A DNA stretch of 64,000 bases from Azolla caroliniana (Eukaryota; Plantae; Polypodiophyta): assembly GCA_043228905.1 (NCBI GenBank), contig JBHGNT010000011.1, positions 17,422,001 to 17,486,000 of the forward strand. Direction: 5' to 3'. The translations under genes and the position numbers were made by a program. A model generated the notes under the pieces. It did no database searches. It was not told the DNA's origin and saw only the letters and a program-made list of their open reading frames with translations. The first letter of the stretch is position 1; the number at the start of each line of letters is the position of its first letter. Of the stretch, positions 28,001 through 39,850 are shown one piece after another.

Positions 28001-29001
28001 TAGTGTCTCTTCAACAAGATCAGCCCATTGGTTTGATACTCCAGCTTTAGACTTTGCATGTTTCCCTTCATGAGGTTTTTCAAGAACATCATCTCCATTG
28101 CTATAAGTTAAACCATATGGCTTTTCTGTAGCAAAACATACAAAATGGAAATCGAGATTCAACTACAACTTAGTTAAAATGCATCAGAATGCTACATTTT
28201 TGGGTGAATTTCATAAATAATCAAAGATATTAATATCCTCATAAGTCCAGAGCAGTAGTCTAATCTAAAGAGCAAAAAGGAATTAAATAAAAAAAACCAA
28301 AAGATCTAATAGAGAGATATTTCCCAGATGAAATAACGAGTCAATGTGGAACATATCATTGGAGGAAGCAAAAGTAAGCAGAAAACTATCTGTCAAAAAT
28401 GAAAAGGTGATGCAGATAACCCACGTCACAATCAGACCATACAAAGGTATTGAGCTAGCAACTAACAATCGGCAACAGTTCGATTTGAACCGAACCGAAC
28501 CGCGAAATCGCAGTTTAATGGTTTGGTTCTGTTCAAATTCAAGTTTTTTTAAACGGTTTGGTTTCTGTTCGGTTTTGGGTTTAAATGGTTTGAAACCACG
28601 GTTTTAAGCTGTTTGAACGGTTTGATGGTTTAGGGTTGCTAATTGATTATTTTTTTAAATATTTTTTTGAACAACCTTTTCATTTTTATGCCTAATTCTC
28701 ATCTTTGAGGAAAAATAATTAAAATTTTGAAAAATTAAAATTTGAAATAATGAAATATTTTTAAATTTTTAAATTTAAAATTGAAAATTTGAATGTTGAC
28801 CTAACTTTAAAACCGAAACCGAACCACGAAACCGTGGTTTTAATGGCTTAACAGTTAGGATTTTTTGAAACAGTTCGGTTTAAACAGTTTTGGTTCCAGT
28901 CAAGTTTCAAAATTTTTAACGGTTTGGTTTTGGAACCCTCGAACCAAACTGAACCGAACCGTTGCCAATTGTTACTAGCAACTTGGGCATCTGTCCATGT
29001 G

Positions 29002-29055
<54 letters not shown>

Positions 29056-30668
29056 TACACTATACATACATAATTTTTTACTTGGGAGGCAGTTTCAACC
29101 TGGCTTTATTAAAAATCTCAGCTATTTAAACATAATTGTCTTGCTCCTGATTTTTAGGACTTACAAAACTTTTCAAAGTGTGTTTAGGGTTTACGGTTCT
29201 AGGCTATAACACAATCTTTCTTTTAGGAGTAATTAACTATATAATATATACCATGATAAAATGCTACAACATCTCCACTTGGCATCACCACAAGAGGCTA
29301 TAATTCTCATACCTAACATCATCAAAACAAGTAATGGCACCCCTTTCAACAACCTAAAAACAGGATATTGAACCTCTACCCTACAGAATCATTAGAGAAG
29401 GTGACAATATGAATACCCAACAGTCGGTTTGACAAAAGAATCAAAAAACCACAATTTAGTTCATGATTCTTGGAACTCTATATGTGCACATTGTATTTCA
29501 AGGGCATCATGGGCTACATTTCGATGAGAAAGTCAGGAGGCACAGCCAGCTTCTAGTAGGGAGAACCGAGGCTCTGTGAATGTTACTCCTAAATATGTGT
29601 AGGATTGTGTATATGCCAACTTCTCCTCCCTCAAGAAAAATTCTGGTTTGATCTCATTACCCATGCTTAAGTCATGTTAACACCATGACTTTAGTTTTAT
29701 CAGGGAGTGGCACTTTTCCTGACATTGATTCATTTAGTGCAAAAATTCCCCATTTCATATCTTTAAAGGTTTCTAATTGCTGCACGAGCTGAGCGATTAC
29801 AAGCCCTTGGAGATACAAAATCGGGAATTTATGTACTATATGAACCAACAAATTCTTTCCAGAAATCTACGAAACAACAATAGGTTCACGACATTCTTAT
29901 ATAGCAATATCATCAAAACAAAGTTATGACATCCTTAACCAACATCCTCACAGACCAATCTCATAAAACAAACTATAATATCCTCAAAACAGTACATAAC
30001 TTCATCAAAAACTAATGCATAACATCATCCAAACAAAAGTATGCACCCATACCTTGCATGAAATCAACATAAAGCTATAACATTTTTATCCACATCATCA
30101 AAACAATCTATAACATCGTCAAAATAATCTACAAACATGTCTAAAAGCAAATGCTGTAAATGAAAAGAAAAGAAAGTATGAAATCCCTAACCACAAAAGC
30201 TATCAAAACCATTTATAGCATTCCTACCCGATATCAAAAAAACAAATTCACTAGAATCAAAAAGAATATGTCTAACCTGCACCTCCATCTTCATCTTCAT
30301 CTTTATCTTCATCTTCATCTTTTTCTTCATCTTTATCTTCACCTTCACCTTCATCCTCACTTTCATCTTCATGTTTAACTTCATCTTCATCCTCATCATC
30401 TTCATTTCCTGAAGACGGCCGAACTGACCAAATCACAAAGAGAGGGGACCCGAAAAGAAAGGGCATATCAAACCATGAAGTAAGGCAGAAGAGAATTAAA
30501 CCTGTGATTAAAAGTTGCAAATTCACCTGGAGAGGAACAAGTTACATTGTCTTCAGAATCTACATCGGATTCTACTTCTGATTCCGAATCTGAAGAAGAA
30601 GAAGACGACGACGACGAAGCATCATCACGCGAGCGATGTTCAATGGAGTAGAACTGTCTCTTTATCAT
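25015..30668 (-). CDS. Uncharacterised nuclear-type protein with acidic N-terminus, U1/matrin-like C2H2 zinc finger and basic NLS-rich C-terminus (290 aa, 6 exons)
   Basis: Exons (-): 30668-30527, 30408-30277, 28125-27875, 25883-25755, 25319-25242, 25155-25015. All introns are GT-AG and phases are consistent (873 nt). Starts MIKRQFYSIEH, then Ser and Asp/Glu tracts, CRWCPKKICLSNASMQSHLMSKKH (C-x2-C-x13-H-x5-H), GETHAERYAR and KRKKESGRQRQRKRAKRK. Confidence 0.88.
28463..28974. mobile_element. Non-autonomous hAT-type MITE (512 bp) in intron 2 of the zinc-finger gene
   Basis: Perfect 8-bp TSD CTAGCAAC at 28455-28462 and 28975-28982. TIRs are TAACAATCGGCAACAGTTCG and (reverse complement) TAACAATTGGCAACGGTTCG. 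Subterminal AACCG/CGGTT repeats and an AT-rich core. Confidence 0.92.
29006..29060. repeat. (AT)n then (AC)n microsatellite
   Basis: About 20 AT units followed by AC units. Confidence 0.95.
29470..29705 (-). mobile_element. Non-LTR retrotransposon RT C-terminal (thumb) fragment in an intron
   Basis: Minus-strand translation gives DKTKVMVL ... FFLREEKLAYTQSYTYLGVTFTEPRFSL with stops, matching the KTKxM and YLGV motifs of LINE RTs. Confidence 0.7.
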
Positions 30669-31069
30669 GGTTTCTTACTCTTGACTATGAGACGGTGAGA
30701 AACAGAGTAGCAGCAGTATGATAAACCCTTGGTAGTTGTTTTTCTAACTACTACTAAGGCTAGATAGAATGAACAGATCACTAACAACAGTTTAGGGTGA
30801 GAAGTATTGATTTTTGCAAGTGAAGTTAGTCATATTATATTTATATGCATATTTCCATGTCGATCCACCACGAGTCCACAAGCAACTAGGCATCACCGAT
30901 GAACTTTCCTGGATGACACTCCGTTACTTTGCATGAAAATTTAAGGAGTCATGATGCTCAACGTTGGCGTGGAAAACATCGGACATGTAACTCAATTCTT
31001 GTTGCAAGATGCACATGACAACAGAAGGCTTCGTTCTGCATGACCACATGAAAAATGTGCCGCATAGAA

Positions 31070-31630
31070 CAAACCCCAAGAACCCCGATCAACCTTCTTA
31101 AATTTGATGTTTAGGCAACCGCACTACCATGCTTTTTTCCCACCTTTTAACAGGATGGTTGTTGGCATCACACCCATGAGGCTACATCGATTGACCCTTA
31201 AGGTAATCCTTGCTTATGTGAGACACAACTATTGGTTGCAAAATAACATGGACTTAGTAGATTGTTGTGCATTCACTGAGATTGGACAACAACCATATAT
31301 AGCTAACAAGCAAGTAAAATAGTTCATGTGACATCGAGCTTCATGAACGCATAAAATATGCACCAAATTGAATAAAACCCAATAACCCCAATCAACCTTC
31401 TTAAACCCGATGGTAAACCTAGAACATTACCAAGTGTTTTTCCACCTTTTAATTGGATAATTGTTGGAATCACCCACCCAAAAGCCCTTGAGGTAATATA
31501 TGCTTATGGTGAGACACAACTATTGGTTGCAAAATAACATGGACTCAACATATTGTTGTGCATTTTTGAGATTGTCCAACCACTATATGTAACTAACGAG
31601 CAAGTAAATTAATCCATGTGCCATCAAGCC
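31070..31630. repeat. Diverged tandem duplication with about 305-bp period
   Basis: 31070-31340 and 31375-31630 share ATCAACCTTCTTAAA, CCACCTTTTAA and GTGAGACACAACTATTGGTTGCAAAATAACATGGACT. Confidence 0.85.
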
Positions 31631-32659
31631 TAAGAAAGTAAAATAGTCTGCATGCCATCAACCCCATCAATAACAAGAGTTTTTTGTGATTGGGTATCTC
31701 GATATAGTGATTCATGGGGCCATTATTCTATATTTTATTCAATGATTATCTAACTATGTCAACAAGGATGACAATGTAACTTAATAGTGTGTTTTCACAA
31801 ACAAAAATATACACACATCATACAATGCCAAACTCCCATTGTAGTTGTAACTTCGTTGTTAGGACAATTCATTGTGAACAATTTTGTAGTTTGTCCATTT
31901 ATTCTAGCCATTTGTAATAAGTTGTTTCAATTGGAGACCAAGATACTCTTCTTACTCTATCACACCATATTATTAATTTCATGAGTGAAAAGCATATCAA
32001 GGTTTTCATGTGATTCATGGCAATAACACTGGCTCTTGAAAAACTCCTTTGAGGAAAATCTAATCTTATGAAGGATTTAGTAAGCAATATTTTGCTCGTT
32101 TTAATTTATTTTTTTATGTTTCATCTCTTTCAATTTAATACAAACTCAACTTTATACTCAAAGTTACCTTATAACATTATTCTATTGCCTTTCTTCAAGT
32201 CACTTATTTTTTCCTTCCTTTTGAGTCAACTAATGACCTTGAAAAAGAGGTAAAACTTTCCAAAATACCCCCAGCTTTCTTACCACTAATAAAATGTCCC
32301 TATTTTTTAACTAAATCCAATTGATACCTAATAATTAGAGTAAAAACATTGAAAATCTAATAACACACATTCTTGGATGTTGTGAGTACCAATTATGTGC
32401 TCCTAATAATATTCATAAGCAAAACATTTAAATGTATCTTGCTATATTTTAAGGAAATGAAACAATGTACAAAACCAGTCAAATTTCATGCAAACAAGGA
32501 TAGGAAATTTATGAGTTTTGCTCAGAGAATGAAAGATGCAATGAGCAGAGCAAGTCCAGTGCAGAGCAAGTTTCCATTACCGCATTACATCCAACAAAAT
32601 CCTAATAAATCAAAATGCGTTTGCATTTCGAAAAACCAAGAATATGCAAAAGAGATGTG

Positions 32660-33272
32660 AACTATCAACTGAACAATTTCAATTGATTGTATTAAAACTT
32701 AACAGGACTATACGTTACGGCAAAAGATATTACATTGCAGCAATGAGTAGCTAACCCCAAATATACAAATTTCTCATGCCACTTCAATTATAAACAACCT
32801 CTTCCGCAGAAGCAGCTGAAATTAAATTTAAATTAGTTACTTACATAGGAAAAAATCTTTCTTGCCATCCAGAATCCATGACCAGAATATTGATACATCC
32901 ATTAATACTGGTGACTAGCAAATTTTCTCTTCACTGCCAAATACAATATTGTTATAAATCAAAATGCATTTACAATTCAAAAATCAAGGATCGGTGAAAA
33001 ACATGTAGACTGTCAACTGAAAGATTTTAATTGATTGTATTAAAGTTAACAGAACTATATATTAGGCTATAAGATATTACATTGCAGGCATGAAATGCTA
33101 CCTTGAGTATACAACTTTGGCATTATGATAACCTCGTCAGCTGAAAAAGCTAAGATTAAATTAGTTACTTACATAGGCAAAAACGTTCTTGCCTTCCAGA
33201 ATCCATGGCCAGGATATTGATACATCCACTAACACTGCTGACTAGCAAACTTTCTCTTCATTGCTAAATACA
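32660..33272. repeat. Diverged tandem duplication covering the last codons, stop codon and 3' UTR of the U-box gene
   Basis: 32660-32946 and 33008-33272 share TTAAATTAGTTACTTACATAGG, CCAGAATCCATG, ATATTGATACATCCA and TGACTAGCAAA.TTTCTCTTCA. Confidence 0.9.
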
Positions 33273-36200
33273 GCTGATAAAGATGGGTTTTTTTCAGCTA
33301 AAAATCGTGGAGATTCAGGGATCTGCTTGGGGTTCTCAATAAGTAAATCAATGTCTATGTCATCATTGGTTGGGCCACTTTTGTCATTACCAGACTCTAG
33401 AAGGGCAACCTTTGCGAAGATGTGCCGCTTTTCTCTCTCAACCGCATCCCTTACTGCCAACAAATCTTGGCCACCATGATCATGAATGAGCCTCATAAGC
33501 ACCCCGAGTAATGCCTAGAGAGAGGAAAAGACAATGAAAATCACCATTGGTACATATTAAATCCAAAAAACCTTCCATACACACTAAGGTTCAAGTTACG
33601 ACTACATAGAGAACATACCTCCATATCCACCCCTCCGTTGGCAAAAGCTTCTGCTGCTACCAAACTAGCCGCAGCAATTATACCAGCATGTGACAAGCCC
33701 CCAGCATGAAGTTGTGGGCAGAGTTTATCAAGCTTACTCAAGTCAAGAAAGGCATCTTTGACATTAACAGTAGGTTCCATATTCCGTCTAAATCTAGATT
33801 CAATCCATTTAGTGACATCTGCTTTAAGCCTCCCCCAAAGAGAGTTGATCACATCTTTTCCTTCTGACAATGAAGCAGTCTCCAGTTTTTGAGCCCATGT
33901 TTCATCAGATATAGCACCAGCTTTCTCCAAAAGTAAAGCTTTACGAAATTCGTCTAATCTTTTGCTTATATCCTGCATGAATTATCAAAGTGATTTGACC
34001 TCATTGCTTTGAATTTAATAAGCAAGAAGATATTTTTCTTTCCCTACCTGTATTGTGCTACTTTCTTTCAGTTTCTCAAGCCAATCTTCGTGGCAAATCT
34101 TCCAATTGCTCTGCATACATTCCCAGGGTATCTCAGATTCTAAATCAAACATGTCTTTCTTTAACTTTTCAAGAGAATGGGCTGCATTATGCAAACAGTT
34201 TGATTCTCCGGTATTTCTTGTCTCCCCATCCTGATGATTCTCACAAACAGGTGAAGAAATATGCTGGTCCATGTCCGCACTCAGTGAAACAGATGCATTC
34301 CCACCACTAGCAGTATGCCTTCGATAACCTGACATATAAATCTGAGAGCATTTTGTGTGAGTCCATTGAGTAATAATATAAGTGATCTGGCATATAAACA
34401 GACATTGCGTTTGAGTATCATATGTAGTCATATAACCATAATCCGACATATAAACGAGAATATTGCATGATATATAATTCTATAAAAATAGGGTGGCTAC
34501 CTTCTTGTATGGATCACCCCTTGCACGTTTCCCTTTATTTCTTCCTCTGTGAGAATTTCTACTGATAGAGTTGTCTCCTGCAAAACAACCAGCTGAACAT
34601 AGTCACTAATGAAACCAAAGGTTGGCATATACAGTACATTCAATTTCCCAGAGCTAGACACAGGCCAAAAACCAGATTATTATTCTCAAATAACAAGGAA
34701 ACCAGAACTACCTAATACAACTTCCATGTATTTTGAGTACTCAAAGATGATAATTGTTGTGATTGTACCTGCATTAGTTTCAACCTTTTTCAATGATTTT
34801 AATTCAGCGGTACAGCATTCCCCGTCAGTCAATTTGCAAGGAGCCACAGTCTGAAGTATTGAGCCCTCAATATCACCACTGCTTCCTATTGTTGCAGTGC
34901 GTTTGGTTGCCCTCATATCCTCATCTGCACTCTCATCCATAACTGCAGTGTCTTTAATATTCTTATCGTGTACTTGAACTCTGCACAGATCCAGCATCTT
35001 CTTCACCTGAAATAGTAATAAACTAGATAAAAAAATAGTTGACATATCCAGTATTATATGCTGCCTACGTTTATGTTTGCATGAAATTTCTTCAAAACAA
35101 TACAACTAATCACCTGCTCCCCTTGCAACTCTTCTTGTGAAGAGTTGCAAGATGTCTGCCCATCAGGAACATGCAGAAACCCTCCTCTTCGCTTTCCCCG
35201 ATTAGTTTTGCCTAGAGATTGCAGCTGTGAATCTTTTGTTATTTCATTTTGGTTGCATTTGAATCCCTCCTTAAGATCAGCCAAGGACTGGTCAATATTA
35301 CCAGATTGTAAATTACCATCTGATTTTTCAGATCCTGCTCAGGAATAATGAATTACCCAATTATTCTAATGATTCTCTCATCATTACAGTAGTACTCCAA
35401 ACACATTACCTCAATGTAATCAGACATCACACTGCTTAATGCATAACAGATAACCGTCAAATTACATTTGAAGGAATACAAGCACTAGATTTTAATCACG
35501 TCAGAAGAAATTACATTAAAAAGCATTTCATTTTGACTTACAAGTAGTCTAACAGTACTCCAAGACCAAGTGATATACACATCTAAAGCCAACCACCTTC
35601 ACACAATAAATAAGGACAATTGAAACGCGTGCCTGTATATACAACATAGCATTTCTAAAGGTGTTGTAAAAGCCTCTCTAAAACAAGACCTGATTTAAGG
35701 TACAAAAGTTAACCCTGCCTGTAGTTCCAGCCTTTCGACATTGATCCTGGGCTACTGGATTATTACATTTTACACGGCACAGTTTTAATTTTCCAAAGAC
35801 TTGTTAGAAGCAATGAGCTTGTTTCATCTTTATTTGCCAAAATTGTTTACTATCAATCAGTTATGAAATAAACTTATAACACAGAACATGAATCAACTGA
35901 ATTTATGATGTATAAAGTGCTAACCTCCAATTTTCTGTAGTGATCGATATTGCAGCCGCACACTCTCTCCAGTATCAAGTGTGCGAACCAAGTACCTATG
36001 CATTACTTGAAGTGAGGATTTTTCATTTTAAGCCAGGTTATTTTCAGCCACATAGTGTGAAAAAGATTTTCTTACCATCCATTAAGACATTGAGTTGTAA
36101 TGATTGCCTCTCTACCAACAAATCGCTCTGGTGTACGTTTATTTCCCTAGAAAAAATGTGAAAGCATACCTACAGGTTTTTACATTCGAATTACTGATTG

Positions 36201-39164
36201 CAACTTATAGGAGTACAGAAATTGTACATACCTTTATTAATACACGATCATGAGCAACATATGGAAACTGAGAACTTTTACGCCGCATAAAATCTGCTGT
36301 GAATTTAGCAATAGCCTACAGGTAGCAATTTCATAATTAGTAGACTTGCTATCCAGCTTAGAGCTATGTGTATGCAAAATAAGTGGCCTGTAGCTTGGCA
36401 TCACTAGCATAATTTCAGAGACATACTTAAAAAACATCAAATTCGTGGCCCATGATCTTGAAATTCTTACACAGAAAGGCAAAGAATTGTTTCCTAGTGC
36501 ATTGTAGAGACAGAAATGCACCACGCTATAGGTAAAATTAGACTAGTTACCACCTAAAACTAAAGGATTATTGTAGCCTATATATGAAGCTTGGACCTGA
36601 CACTTTGAAATTTCGATGGTTTAATTCAATTTGATAGAAGAAACTTATATGAGACAGTGATAATATGGGTTGTTATACACAAACACAAAAAATGCAAGAG
36701 TGAGGGTAGTAGGGAATCCTGAGACTTAAAAGGAGACATTACTCATCTTTCCCTTAACAAAGGCAGTGTACTGTCTATTGCTAGAGAAGGTGAGTTTGAT
36801 TATCATTTAATGCAGATCCAATCTCTGCTTACCACAGCCAATAGCCTATCTCATGATGGAGTAGCACGCAATTAAGGAGATGACTAGTACATGCATTCCT
36901 AGAGCATGTCTCTTAGAAAAATATGGATTCGACTGCAGACTAGAACAAAGCTAATCATCCATTCCTACATTACTTTCTTCGTAGCCTTCATTGGGTCTGC
37001 CACAAGAAAGCCATCCTTCTAAAGTAATATACATTAAGATGAGAATTTTGTGCATAGTGTTTTCCATGCAGCAACATGGAATTTCAGAAAATTTATTTGT
37101 TGCTGGCCTAAAATTAAAATTGTTACGTATAATATAACACCTTAATACCAAGGAAATACATTATAACATAAAAACATCAGTTTTCTAAAAATCATTGAAA
37201 CTTGCCCAACATAAAATGAAAAAGGAAATTTACAAAATCTGCGATAGGGTTCTGAATTCTCAAATAGCTAGCCATGAGTAAACATTCATAAGTTAATCAT
37301 GAATCCTTACACTTATAAATTTCATTTCACTTACCTTGTAAAATTAAAACTACTTTTAAAAATTATGCAAAAAGAAATGCACATAAAAATTTCATTTAAT
37401 TTTTGAAACCCTTACAGCACCAATGTCACTTTCATTCTAGTACTAGAATAATGAAGTTATATGTACATAATAAAAATTGTAAACCAATCCACTGCATTAA
37501 ATTTTTATACAGGCAGTACCACTACAATGGGATTTATATGAAAAGGATTTTGGCATCAGATAGTTGAATCTATAAAATCTACGTGTGCAAATATAATGGA
37601 TCAAGCAATACATGGAAGAGAGGAAGAGCGAACTCGAACTATCGAAACTGAACTATATATAATGTGGAATGAATTGCGTACCCGATTGGGTGTTTTTACA
37701 TGAGAAATTTCTTGATTTGCTGAAAAACCATTCCTTCTAAAGGACTCTTGCTTATATGCCGAAACAGCTGCCCGTAGAGCTTAGAACACATCGCCATAAA
37801 GGTCATGCATTACAAGAAGATAACAAATTAATCCCTTTGCATATACTATAGAAATTAGGTGTTGCATGTTTTTCAATGCCCCTTTTCACAGCTAAAGACA
37901 TAAATAAAACTAGATTACGTTAAGTTACGTTGAAGAGCTTGATACATACCATAATTTGGAATTAAGGAATCGGATGATACAGGTGCCCCACAGCTCAGGC
38001 AATGTTTCTGTAATACATCCAACAGTCTTCTTACAATCAGAACTGATGGAAGAAGAAATAAATATAAGATCAAATCATATGTTCTTTTACTTGATGAGAC
38101 TCCAAAATTCACATATAATTTAGGCCACTCTAATTTTAATGCTTATAAAAGAATATCTTCCAGTATGAGGTTCATTCTCCTCAGTAGAACATTTCTCCAA
38201 AATAGATATTGAATCATTTTCTAGGTGGGCTCCATAATGAAACTAAAACTGATATAAGGAGTAAATATATAGTTTGGAATGGACTTAAGCTTAGCGATTT
38301 TACTGTGCTTCAAAAAGTAATGGAACGATATGCTTTAAAATCTTTTTACAAGGCAAATGTTGTCAGAAAAAGAACAATTTTAATGAGCTAAATATTAATA
38401 GCTAAGAAGGCAAACCTCTTCTTTTACACGTTGAAGACCATTCATGCCAAACGAGTGACCACATTGTGTTACCATGGCATCATCCATCAACAGTCCTCTA
38501 ACAAATCACACCTAAAAAATCATGTAAGAAGACAAGCATATATAGGCAAAATATCTGCATCATTCTAAATGCAAGCTTATCATCTGAGATCTTACGATAT
38601 GGTATCAGAAAGGACATGTAGAAGCGGATCTTCAGCAATCGGAACCTTTTCTTCGTGTGTATCTTCGGAAGTTTGAGCTTCAATTGGTACAACCATGAGC
38701 TGATTAGCATTGCAAAACCGAGCTTCTTCTCCTCCTTCTCCTCCTCCTTCTCCTCCTCCTCCTCCTCCTTCTTCTCCTTCTTCTTCTTCTCCTTCTTCTT
38801 CTTCTTCTTCTTCATCATCCATTTTGAGGTTTGTATGAACAAAATCATCCTTATCGTTTTGCTCTTTTACTCCATCTGATTCTGATACGTCCATGATGCC
38901 TCTTTCCATATCATCATCGCTATCTCTTAATTCTCTTTCTATATTGCCATCGTTATCTCTTAATTCTCCTTCTATATCACCATCATTATCTCTTAATTCA
39001 GTTGTTACATCATCATCATCATCAGCAACAACATCACCGTGTGCAAATCCATTGTCATGGAAAGGCTCATCTTCCACATGGTTTTGTGAGGATCCAAGGT
39101 CTATAGAGTTAGACCATGGATCAGAACACTTCGGTGAACTTAACGGGGATGATGAGCTCTGCAT
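33242..39164 (-). CDS. U-box domain protein of the PUB62/63 type with a long C-terminal extension (about 829 aa)
   Basis: Exons (-): 39164-38596, 38497-38416, 38007-37950, 37779-37682, 36315-36232, 36146-36076, 35995-35925, 35334-35114, 35006-34769, 34577-34501, 34341-34048, 33972-33619, 33514-33242. These are phase-consistent; small optional exons near 37017-36973 and 35750-35718 are uncertain. The U-box reads VLSDTISGLLMDDAMVTQCGHSFG...CLSCGAPV...LIPNYALRAAV. The PUB62/63 C-domain reads QFPYVAHDRVLIKGNKRTPERFVGREAIITTQCLNGWYLVRTLDTGESVRLQYRSL. Confidence 0.88.
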
Positions 39165-39529
39165 CAGAAATGGATTTTACCTGCTAGAAAAGCTTCTCTG
39201 ATGCACGCTTGATTGAGATTGTTTTCCTCCTTCCTCCTTCTTTCTAGGGTTTGCAGACATACACTGTTCGTTCGGACAAGAAGTGAGCTAATTGCATATG
39301 TACTTCCTTTATTTCCCACAAAACAATGCCCCTATGTTTTACTTATTTCCCCAAATGCCCCTCCTCTCTTCTCCCATTCCCCGATACCCCCCCCCCCATA
39401 CAAGAGTTGTCTAGTAAACTCCTTCGAGTGGCACCATGAAGACTCGTGCATCCCGCGAAGCCTTAGAGTAACACGCGGCCACTCGTGTAAGAAGAAGAAT
39501 GGACCACGAAAAACTGCCACCTGAAATAT

Positions 39530-39850
39530 CCAACAATTAGAACATTTCCCTTAGTTCTTGAATCTCGAGTTTATGAGCCAACTTCCCAAATTTTGAGCAT
39601 CTTATCGATAGATACACTCTAATTGTCTCATAGTACTGAACTAAACAAGTTGGCCTTATCACCTTGCAAATGGTTACCAACAAATTATTGCACCACATTT
39701 TGGATCGATGAAACCATCGTATTTCATTTTGTAATCGAGAACATGCCCACACATCCCATGTCCGCTAGTCATCGCGCATGTTGTTTCCCATGTGTCCCTC
39801 GTCCACTGGTTGTCGTGCACATCATTTTCTTCTAGTTGTAGAGAGGGGGG
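39530..39850 (-). mobile_element. Highly degraded Ty1/Copia reverse-transcriptase remnant
   Basis: Minus-strand fragments LEEND..TWE, DYKMKYDGFID and YETIRVYLSI resemble, in the correct order, the Copia RT motifs L..N.TW.L, VYKxK..DG.ID and TIRxxLSxA. Confidence 0.5.

Noticed and set aside
15456-30668. RPE and the zinc-finger gene both have 873-nt CDS
   Set aside because: The sequences and exon structures are unrelated, so this is a coincidence.
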